From IMG/VR virus record IMGVR_UViG_3300037423_001636, positions 141,169 to 205,168 of that record: a stretch of 64,000 nucleotides of DNA. One strand, written 5' to 3'. A model generated the notes under the pieces. That model saw only the letters and a program-made list of their open reading frames with translations, was not told the origin of the DNA and ran no database searches. A program made the translations under genes and the position numbers. Positions within the stretch are counted from its first letter, which is position 1; every line of letters begins with the position of its first letter. Source of the DNA: a virus (Duplodnaviria > Heunggongvirae > Uroviricota > Caudoviricetes). This document shows, one piece after another, positions 54,649-64,000 of this stretch.

Positions 54649-56369
54649 TACAAGAGTCCCCATCTTAAACATCAATCTACAACCACATATATTCATGAGC
54701 AATCAATCTAAAAAACGTCTGAATCTAGCCGAGAAAAACCCCATCAATCTCGCCCTTGCCCGCAAGGTCGCCGATATTGTGAGCAAGGGGCTCACCTCGG
54801 GAATGGACGACGGCACGACGGACGAAGCTGGTAATCCTGTTCCCGGCCACATGTGCGTGGAAGCCGCGGTCTCGTTTGCCTGTGGAGAAGACCATGACGA
54901 CCATCCGAAGTGCGTGGCTAGATTCGTCGCCGACTACAAGATTGGGTTGAATGATGAAGGCACATATAAGAGCAAAAAGGATCGCGGCGAGTGCCTGCGC
55001 CGTATTGCGGTAGCCCAGTTGGGCTCGAAACAAATCAGCCATAGTGATTGGGAGGAGGCTCTCGGAGCCGCGGTGGAAGCCCACATACCGACGCTGGCCG
55101 TTCGTCTGAAACAGTGGGGCAAAAACTATGGTAATGAGAAACTGGCCGGGGTGCTTATCTCGGCGCTTAACGCCGTCGGCGAGAAACGAATGATGGAGGC
55201 TTTGGACGAATTGAATTCCAATGGAGTTGATGGAATGTACTATATCTGCCCCCTTGATTGTCAATCAGTCGAGGCAATCATTAATCTCTGGGGTGATGAT
55301 CGCAAGGGCACCCTCGCCGCCATCGAAATCGGCATTGACGCGCTGCGCCGCTGCAAGTCGCCGGGAATCAAGTTGATGGACAAGCTGATCGCGGAAGGAG
55401 TTATCTAACACCTGTCGGTGCTGGTTAGTGTCTTCGACACGAATTTCTATTTCAATGGCTAGCAAGCCTTACAGAGAAGTTCATAATCCTATCGACTGGA
55501 GCTGTCAGGGCGTAGAATCCGAGTTTATCCCCCCATCAGACTTCGCTTGGGAACTGATGGAGCATATGAGAACTCATAAGCTGGAGTGGTTGCATATGCA
55601 CTATCCTGAGCTTACATTCCAGCGTATAAATTCGGTCAAAACGCCCCGCCGACCAGATGGGACGCGGTTCGACTACTATACAAGAATCCGCGGCGGGGTT
55701 TGGATTGTGGCCGAATGGCAGAAAGCGCCACAAACCTCATGAGCGGAATCTTTCACGAAGACTCTAATCTCGGGGGCATCACTCGCTATCGAAGGGTTCC
55801 CGCCCCTTTCAGCATCGGCAATCCGGGACACTCAGTCATTCAAGCCGTGTATCTAGCGCCCGACGAAGACGTGATTTGGAACTGGGCTCATACACCGGAT
55901 GGGTCGTATGTCTGTGGCTACTCGATTCATAAACGCGACGAAACATCTCAATGAACACAGATTCCCCAGTATCACCAAAGCCCAAACGCACTTTCAACGA
56001 TCCCCTTTCCAAGATTCAGTCGCTCATTGACAAGCTACGGGCCAAGGGATGGATTTGCAAGGAGGGATCGGCTTATGGTGACGACTGGTGGTCAATTCGT
56101 TCGCCCCGCCTAACCAGCTCCGCCAGCTTCGACATTTATTGGGTTGGCGATCCCGAGCCGACGATGGATGAAGTGATTCGGCTAGAGTGCCAGTACTATG
56201 CTCGGCAGGAGCATGGAAAGCATATTGACGCGTCGCTTGAACTGATCAAGAACGATATTCTGAATAATCTGTCTATGGCGTATTATGCATCAGCATCAGC
56301 GGGGAAGGACTTTCCGATACCAGATGAGCTGGTAGTGAAGGATGTGACCGTGAAACTAAAAGGTGACAA

Positions 56370-56882
56370 GTGAGCGTAGAACATCTGTCTGGTGACTTCC
56401 TGTCATTTCCTCATGGTGTCAATGTCATAGCGCACATAGCGAATTGTCAGAACACCATGGGCGCAGGAATCGCCGCTCAGATCAAGGCCCGTTACCCTGA
56501 AGCGTTTAATGCCGACACGGTAGCCTACCAGACCGGTATGGCTCAGCTAGGGCTCTTCTCCCACGCCAGAGTCGGCGAGAATCGGGACAAGCGAATCGTC
56601 AATTTGTACGCTCAGTTCAGATTCGGGCGCGAGCGCCGCCATCTGGACTACGAGGCTCTCTACCAATGCCTGTCTGAGCTGAATGCTCTGCTGCGAGCCA
56701 AGAAGGACGAGGAAGGGTTGGACTTTGCGCTGGGGCTGCCATACAACATGGGGTGTGTCAATGCTGGAGGAAGCTGGATCGTTGTCGAAGCGATGATCCG
56801 CGACATTTTCGTTGACTCTCCAATCAGAGTTGTGATAGTAGAAAAAACTGAAACTCCACTAGACACCACTTCCACTCCATGA
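56370..56882 (+). CDS. Macro-domain protein (ADP-ribose binding/hydrolase)
   Basis: The sequence VNVIAHIANCQNTMGAGIAAQIKARYPEAF fits the macrodomain N-terminal glycine-rich ADP-ribose-binding motif. 170 aa. Confidence 0.6.
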   Translation: MSVEHLSGDFLSFPHGVNVIAHIANCQNTMGAGIAAQIKARYPEAFNADTVAYQTGMAQLGLFSHARVGENRDKRIVNLYAQFRFGRERRHLDYEALYQCLSELNALLRAKKDEEGLDFALGLPYNMGCVNAGGSWIVVEAMIRDIFVDSPIRVVIVEKTETPLDTTSTP

Positions 56883-58823
56883 CCAAACCGTCTAACCGAT
56901 TCGTGGCAGTCATCAACGACAACTGGGATGAGATTGAGAAGGACTGTTTTGAGGATACTGCTGAAGCCGCGCTGAAGTTCGTCGCGGAGAATCAGGACAT
57001 CACTCTACCCGGCGACAAGGTAGTCGTCTATCAGGTCACGCCCGTGCTCGCCGCCGAAATTGAGCGGGAGATTGTGACGCATACCAACGTTCAACGATTC
57101 TGATCTATATCCATGCGCAAACAAACTGCCCTTCGTCTTAAACAGTGCTGTCTCATGACCTCATCTGACATCCAGACCGCCCGCCGACGATATCGGCGGC
57201 TAAAGAAGGATTGGAACAAAACTCCGTCGAACGCCCGGCACCAGCTCATGCAGACGCTAGAGAAAGCTGCGTATGCCATGGCCGCCAGCAGCTTGCAACG
57301 GGCCGCGGCGTAGAATCTCTTTTTTTTCTCGACAATCTGACTGTCAGATCCATTCTAGCTCAATTCTGCCCATGATCTACCGCATCCACTGGGAAACCCG
57401 CTGCGTAGCAGCCAATCCAAAGCTCAACGCGCCCAGCCGGCCAGAGTCCCGCGAACTCACTTGGTGCGCTGGCTTCACTCCGATTGAAGCAGAGAGCCGA
57501 GAACAAGCGGTGAGACTATACCGTTCGACGTTTCCCGATGATTGGATTCTAGATGTGACCACTTGACCGCATACCCCCCTATTTCATTCCACTCTATTTA
57601 CCATGAACACATCCGACCTCGTTTCTACTGTCATCGCCAGTTTACGGGCTGAGAATATCGACGCCGATACCATCAAACGTGTTGTTGAACAGTTGCGGGC
57701 CAAGGCTGCTCGTGAGAAGGCTCACAAAGACCCAACCCCCAAGCAGAAAAACCAGTATACCGTCCTTCTACTCGATGAAGACGGCAAGCTTCCTGAGGGG
57801 CTAACTGGTTGGATCTGCCAGTTGCCAGAGAATGAAAACCCGCTAGAAGCGATTGACCGAATCCGAGATGGAGTCATCGCCTTTAACAACAGCCGTGCCG
57901 GCCGCCACGCGCCCATCTATCGCATTCAGGATGCCTTGGAGAACTTGCCAGCACGATTCTTGAAGCGTGAGGCAGACGGTACAAAAATGAGCGTGAAGAC
58001 CAAAACGCCTTGCCAGCTCGTCCCACTTTCCACGGCCAAGGTTCCCTGATGCCGACCACCCGTCACACTCTCTTTCAGTCCCGCGATCACCGGGCAGTCT
58101 ATGCCGAGCTTACCCGGCTCGACGAATTGTACCGCTCTCTTTTTCGCCGCAATCTGACTGTCCGACTGTTCTTCTGCTCTGAGGGGCCAGAGCGCTCAAG
58201 CATCTACTCTATCACTGTTTACGTTGATTCTGTTGAACAGGAATCTGAGTTGAAGTGGCTCGCCGAACAAAGCCTGCAACCAGTCGTTCCCCTTCTCTCC
58301 TCTTTCCTCGAATCATCCCCCACACATCTATGACCAGCCGCGCTTTACGTTTCGTCGTCATCAATCCCTATCAGGATATTCCCACCTCCTATCACTGTGG
58401 GCTCGGCAACAACAACGCTGAGTCATGGGCGCTCTACAACGGTAGAATGAATCATGGCCGGGTTCTCGTCGAAATGTCTGATGGATCAGTCGAGGTTCAT
58501 GCGGATTTCAGCCGACGTGCGACACGCGACACGCAACCACAGCCAGAATCCGTGTAAATCATGATGAAATGGGCGAAAATTCTCAGCCCCCGAAGCCCGA
58601 AACCGCCGACCCTTACACGGTCAAGCGGACTTTGCTCTTCCTCGCGCGAGAACTCCGCACCCAACAGTTTATATTACGGGCTCAGGTCCAAAAGCAGGCC
58701 AAGCTCAGGCGACAGGAAAAGGAGACCCGTCGGCATATTCGCGAGATTGTCGCTCGCATTCAGCGAGAGATGGATTCTCACCCTGACATTTTCCGCAATT
58801 TAGGAGATTAGCACAACACATTT

Positions 58824-59198
58824 ATGTCTTCTCTCTACATTTTGATCCCCGCCGCGCTAGTCGGCATTCTCATCATTATCCGACGGCTTTGGATTCTGGC
58901 GAATATCGAGACATACACTTTGACCGCCAGCTGGTATTGCTGGCGCACCAAACAGCCAAATTATGTGACGAAGGAAATGGGTGAGCTGTGGCCCACATCC
59001 TATATGTTTTGGGAATTTTGGCACTGGGATTTTCGACGCTATATCGTTCACCAAGAGCATCATGATGCCATGGTAGAGCAGATTGTGGAAGATCTATCCA
59101 AGACTGACTTGGGGTGGGAGATTTTTCAGGACAAAACAACGCCACCAGCCCCGCCAGTGAACAACAACGATTCTAACTCGACTCACGGCTCAAACTGA
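58824..59198 (+). CDS. Hypothetical small membrane protein
   Basis: 124 aa. The N-terminal hydrophobic helix reads LYILIPAALVGILIIIRRLWILANI. Confidence 0.35.
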   Translation: MSSLYILIPAALVGILIIIRRLWILANIETYTLTASWYCWRTKQPNYVTKEMGELWPTSYMFWEFWHWDFRRYIVHQEHHDAMVEQIVEDLSKTDLGWEIFQDKTTPPAPPVNNNDSNSTHGSN

Positions 59199-61135
59199 TG
59201 CTCAAATCAACCATCATTCAGCTCAAGCACGCCGAATACATTATCAAATGGGAGCACCTCGCCTGTCTTGCCGAGGAGTTCTTCGGTCATGTGGTCGAGA
59301 ATGTGCCGCCCGACAGTTCTGTCTTCACGATCGAGTTTAGCGGTGACGATTCCACATCTCATTCCAAAGCTTTCAAACTCACTCTAGATTCGGGGTTCAC
59401 GCCGCGAAGCTAGCGACCCCACACTCCAACATTCAAACACACCACACTTATGATCCGTCTCAACGAAGAGATCGGCCAATTTCTGCTCTCTTGGTACGGC
59501 AACGGTTACGCCCTTGGCTTTGCTGGCGATGAAGACTTCATCGAACGTTGTTTCAATTGGACACATAATACGGGAGTCATCTCCCTCAATCAGCGGCTTG
59601 AATGGTTCTATGGAAAAGGCGGCCGATTCGCTTATGTGTGCCCACAGACCACAGAAGACATTCTGATTGGACTCACGGCTCAGTTCAGAGTGGAGATTAT
59701 TCAAGATAAAGAAGTTCCGCTATTGAAGGACGAGTGGGACGATGAGAATGAGTGTCCTATTTTGGAATATGATGAAAAGGCAATCAATCGACTTGCTCAT
59801 GAGCGTGCCAAAGCGTTCTTCGAGGACCGAATCGTTCTAGAAAATTTTATGTGCCGACAACCAGTCTTTTTGGCTCCAATCTACGAGATGGGCGTGGCGG
59901 GACGGGCGGATGTTGCGGCAGAGGCATGACTTGGCGCATAGGCAGAACGAATCCACTTCCAGTGATTGCCCCACCCGCGTGGAGTAGCGAATGACTAGGC
60001 AAGCTCGGTGGCAGGCAGATCATCGCAGACGAGGTTTATGCCTACTCTGCTCTGCCCCGGCGTTCCGGGATTCTCCATATTGTGAGCCCCATCTTGTAAA
60101 GCGTCGTTTGCGCACTCGCCAAGCCCAAGAGAGTAGAGAATGGCAGCCGGGTCGAGCTGGCAGACCTCCGAAAAACGAAAAATAGGTTTGGCGACTTCGG
60201 TTCCGCATTAAGGCTTGACACGGAGATATCTTTCCGCACCCTCATAGCCCTATGTTCGGATGAAAAATCCCTTTGCCTACCGCTCCTCTCTTTACGTTGG
60301 CACTGTCCACGGTTATATGCCTATCGGCTACATGATGAATTGTGGATTTCCGGTTCTTTATGGACTGTTTTGGCAGATTCTACATTTGGACCCATCACTA
60401 CCGCGGCAGAAACATGAGTCCTATCCAGTCATATGAAGACAACAAAAAAACAATCCCACGAACCGCTCCGCATTTTCGGTCTCGACAAAGACCAGTTGAT
60501 CAAGCTGAATGAATGGATCAAAACCCACGATAAGACGTGTCCATATGCTAATCCGTTAAAACAGGGCGCAATCGGCGGCCGGCTGTCCTATGAATTCACT
60601 CCATCCAGTCTCGGCACGTTCGCTGTGGTGAAATGTGCGTGTAAGGCAGAGTGCAATGTGACTGATTATGACGCTTTTTAAGCATGACTACCGACGAAGC
60701 TCTCAATCTCGCTGATAGCGGAGACTATCATTCTGATGATCCTCTTGTGGTTCTCGCGGAGGAGGTGAAGCATTTGCGCAGTGTTCTTAAACCCCTCTGC
60801 AAACTGGACGAGCCACCCACACGGGAGGAACGTATGCGAGCACGGGCAGTTCTCTATCTGTGATCCAGATTGTTATCGTCGTCAGCAGAGTTCGGAATCC
60901 GCTTATGAATCTGCGCGTCTACACTCCAATCAAGATGCCTTTTCGCTTTCTCGGCTCCTTTCTCTTTTGGCGGCGCTGGTCTCGTGAGAACAAGGCGCGA
61001 CTGACTTTAAACCTGTCATCATGACGCTAATTCCCAAGCCGGCGGGGGAAAGTCTCCAAGAATCGTTCTTGACATTCTATCACACTTCTGCACATCATCG
61101 CTTATTCACCGATTCACTCATCGCTTCATTCTACC

Positions 61136-61918
61136 ATGTCGTCACTACCTCTCACTCCTGAACAACGCGCCCAGAAATGGGGCACAGTCGCAAAATGCGC
61201 CGCCATTCTTGGGATTGGATGGCTGGTAGCTCCAATAGTCTTCACTGCGATCACTGGACTCTTTGGCCTTCTAGCTGCCGGAGTCATCATGCTTGCTACA
61301 TGGGTAGCCCTCCCCGCCATTGGAGACGTGGCCAAGAATCTTCGGTTGAAACTTATCAAGGCCGAAGCAGCGCGGAATCCAATTGAAACCCTTGAGGGAG
61401 AGTATCTGCGCCGGTCCCAACTGCTTAACGAGCGCAAAAATAAGATTGAGACTCTTGCTGCCAAAACAAATGGTTTCGGGTCCAAGCTGGCCACGTTCAA
61501 GCGTGACTACCCCGGCGAAGCTCAGACATTCCAAGACATCTACGATAAGATGGTACTCCTATTGAAACGGTCCCGTGAACAGTGGGTCCTAGCCGAGAAG
61601 CAGCTCGACGCATTTGAGGGCGAAATAACGAAAGCTAAGGCAAAGTGGGCGATGGCGCTGGCCGCCGCTGACCTCCGTCAGGATGCTGGCCGGGTTGAAC
61701 AGGAATTCCTCGCGAAGCTCAAAGTCGAATGCTCTTTCGACACGATTGAGATGGGCATGAACTCAGCATTCGCGCAACTGGACACTCTTCTCATGGAGAG
61801 TGAGTCCGTTGAGATTAACGTGACGCCCGCGTCAACTCCGGCCGCCCTTCCCGCCCCTTCGTCCACGGCTATCGACGCCGAGGTCCTCAACGCCAGCAAG
61901 ACCCCGATCCGTCGATGA
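61136..61918 (+). CDS. Hypothetical membrane-anchored coiled-coil protein
   Basis: 260 aa. Two transmembrane helices (ILGIGWLVAPIVFTAITGLFGLLAAGVIMLATWVAL) are followed by an extended coiled coil rich in Lys, Glu and Ala. Confidence 0.45.
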   Translation: MSSLPLTPEQRAQKWGTVAKCAAILGIGWLVAPIVFTAITGLFGLLAAGVIMLATWVALPAIGDVAKNLRLKLIKAEAARNPIETLEGEYLRRSQLLNERKNKIETLAAKTNGFGSKLATFKRDYPGEAQTFQDIYDKMVLLLKRSREQWVLAEKQLDAFEGEITKAKAKWAMALAAADLRQDAGRVEQEFLAKLKVECSFDTIEMGMNSAFAQLDTLLMESESVEINVTPASTPAALPAPSSTAIDAEVLNASKTPIRR

Positions 61919-64000
61919 AAACTACCGGCCCAATCCTCACAATGGCCGGGGTCGCAGTAGTCCTTGGCTGTTTCGCCCTTTGTCTCCCAGCTAAAGAGCG
62001 GCTTCACGATGGCCCCATTGTGATTGAGCGTAACGGCTTTGGGGACGATTCAGCCCGAATCCGGACTTTTACCTTCGAAGGCTGCCAATATATCGTTGTC
62101 ACGGGTGGCCGTGGTAACGATATATCAGTGGCCATCACCCATCACGCCGGCTGCCAGAACCCGATCCATTCCAAACCATGATCCTTGCAACCTCCATGAC
62201 GTGGCCCGAGGCTTTCGCTTCCGTTATCGGCGTGATCTGTATCTACCTTTTCCTGTGCGTCCTAGTCACGGACAAGTGGCCGTGGGGCCGCAAGTAATCC
62301 TCCTCTCCATGAAATCCCGCATTCTCCAAGCCTTCGCGTTGATTACACTCTTCCTTATTGGGGTCGTCCTGTTCCGTGGGTGCAGTGACTCTGGTTTTCC
62401 CGAGTCCACGAGCGCCAGTGAGTATGTGCCGCCATCACCATGAGTGAAAGCGAGCCTGTGAAAACCGAAACCTACCTCAACTCCCCGGTTAAGAGTTGCG
62501 ACAACTGCGCCTATCAGCGGGGAACCGGCGAATACGCGAAGTGTGCTCGCGAGGGTTACTACTGTTTTGTTGTTCGTCAAGGCGCGCATGCTTCACATCG
62601 CCAATGTGACGCAGAGTTTAGCGGGTGGAAGTTGCGGCTACCATCACCGCCGCGCAGGAGTCTGCGCCGATGGCTTGCCGATCTCCTTTGGAACTAAACC
62701 TCAAGCAAATGAGCATTAAACAACGCATCGAGCAGTGGTTTTGTCGGCAGCTATTCGCGCGTGGCTACGTCGTCATTCCGATCGCTAGAATCGAGCGATT
62801 GGAGTGGTCGGCGCTCGCCAATCACGCGGCCCAGAAAAAGCACCGGCAGGACTCGTGGGATCATGGCTACTTTAACGGACTCGCGGACATGGCGAGCAAG
62901 ACAGCCTACGAGCTGAGACAATTTTATCCCGCAGGTTGCAAGGATGAAGGGCCGCGGGCTCGTCGTCTGTCAGGACTCTCGAAACCACTCACAACACTTT
63001 AAGCCATGAATCCTAAGACATTAAAATCCATGCCGATTGAGCAGCGGTTTAGACTGTTCGTGCAGTGGTTAGGCAACCAGCCAGCTGACGGTAGGTATTG
63101 TTTCGCGGATACGCGCAACTGCGCCTTAGCCCAGTTTGCAAAGTCGCTAGATGGTGTTGCCGACTGCATCTATATCGGGGCGGGGGCCGATGCCCTTTCT
63201 TTCGTGTTTAAAGATGGGAGCCACATTAGCGTCCGTATGCTACCAGACAGTGGTTTCTTCGGCGGACTTACTCTACAAACAAATGGGTTTGGGCGCGCAT
63301 ACAACGGATTCGCAGCTCGGGCCGGACTACCGCGCCGGTCATGGGTTAGAGGTGTTTTGGCGCGACTGCTTGCGCATTGCGTAAAGCACCATCACCCACT
63401 CGCCGCCTAATCCCTCTGGAACGAAAAAGAATTCCCAATGAGCATCACTGAGCTAATCACGAAAGCAGGCGAGGCGAACGTGCGTGTTCAAAACATCGCG
63501 TCGGATCTCGTTGAAATGAAGCGCGGTAAACGTGGCGCGACCATCAAGGTTGCGACCTCGGACGAGATGGCGTCTGCGGTTTCTCGTGAAGCCGCAGGCA
63601 TCCCCGGAACCTACTTCGGATTGATCGTGTGGATTCCGCGCGATGCGACGCCAAACCCGGAAGGGGTGAAGCCCGCCGAGGGGGCAGAGCTTCAACGTCC
63701 ATACGGTGCACCCAACCACGATCTGCTCGACGGTCGCGATTGAATGAATCTATGGCCAAACTATCTGGTTTCCTGATTGGTTCTGCATGCGGCTGGGCTT
63801 TGTGCGGCGCGTGGATCACGACGCTTAGTGTTCGCGAACTCGCAACCTGCGTAGTGATTATTGCGGCTGGATTTATTCTTCGCGAGCTGCACCGTTGAAC
63901 GAATGAGCATCGACGACAAAGTTTCTCAGGCCGCTCGGAATCTCTTTCGGCTGGAAAATCCCGACCGTAAGATGACGGGGAAGCGCAGGCGACGGGCGAG

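Noticed and set aside
57300-57330. Rho-independent terminator at the T8 run after the ORF ending 57313
   Set aside because: The only stem (GCCGC...GCGGC) has a 19-nt loop and is separated from the T-run by about 8 nt. The geometry is poor, so I did not call it.

Overview
The window reads as a densely packed, almost entirely plus-strand segment of a large bacteriophage genome (possibly a jumbo phage or megaphage), judged from gene content; GC is moderate. The first 13.7 kb is a replication and nucleotide-metabolism module: an Mre11/SbcD-type metallophosphoesterase, a DnaB-like helicase, a DnaG-like primase, a MazG-like NTP pyrophosphohydrolase, a HAD phosphatase, a SLOG/DUF2493 protein, a Cas4-like PD-(D/E)xK nuclease, a second phosphoesterase, two tandem mini Dam-like N6-adenine methyltransferases, a DnaQ-like proofreading exonuclease and a PHP-less DnaE-type DNA polymerase. 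The centre (about 15.4-27.8 kb) is the most striking part. It is a large array of tightly packed tRNA-sized units, each ending in an encoded CCA followed by (A/T)TTT. I resolved about 44 units and estimate 45-60 in total. They cover most amino acids, often with separate T34, G34 and C34 isoacceptors for the same codon box, and carry recognisable identity elements (G3:U70 in both Ala tRNAs; long variable arms in Leu, Ser and Tyr). Most units have a systematically non-canonical elbow. Position 55 of the T-loop is G rather than the universal U/pseudouridine (loops read TGCRANN or GGCAGNN instead of TTCRANN). The D-loop reads ..CAG.. rather than ..GG... The few units that keep a canonical TTCG T-loop also keep a G-rich D-loop, which looks like covariation. 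Embedded in or next to the array are homing endonucleases (HNH, LAGLIDADG, a zinc-ribbon/PD-(D/E)xK type), an HNH-RNA ligase fusion flanked by four arginine tRNAs, a palindrome/iteron cluster built on TGTCCGGAT, aberrant tRNA-like units including a 54-nt minihelix, and a Ro60 (TROVE+vWA) orthologue preceded by about six roughly 100-nt structured RNA modules that are candidate Y RNAs. The last 36 kb is an accessory region. It holds an adenylosuccinate synthetase homologue (a PurA/PurZ candidate, which together with the MazG-like gene raises the possibility of a 2-aminoadenine Z-genome), two AAA+ ATPases, a vWA-like protein, a J-domain/kinase-like fusion, a NADAR protein and a Macro-domain protein (ADP-ribosylation reversal), a small-alarmone-hydrolase-type HD protein, an NfeD-flotillin pair, a third phosphoesterase and many small hypothetical ORFs. 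A CTTGAC -35-like motif recurs upstream of many genes. All calls are from manual reading of the sequence and translations. tRNA coordinates may be off by 1-2 nt.
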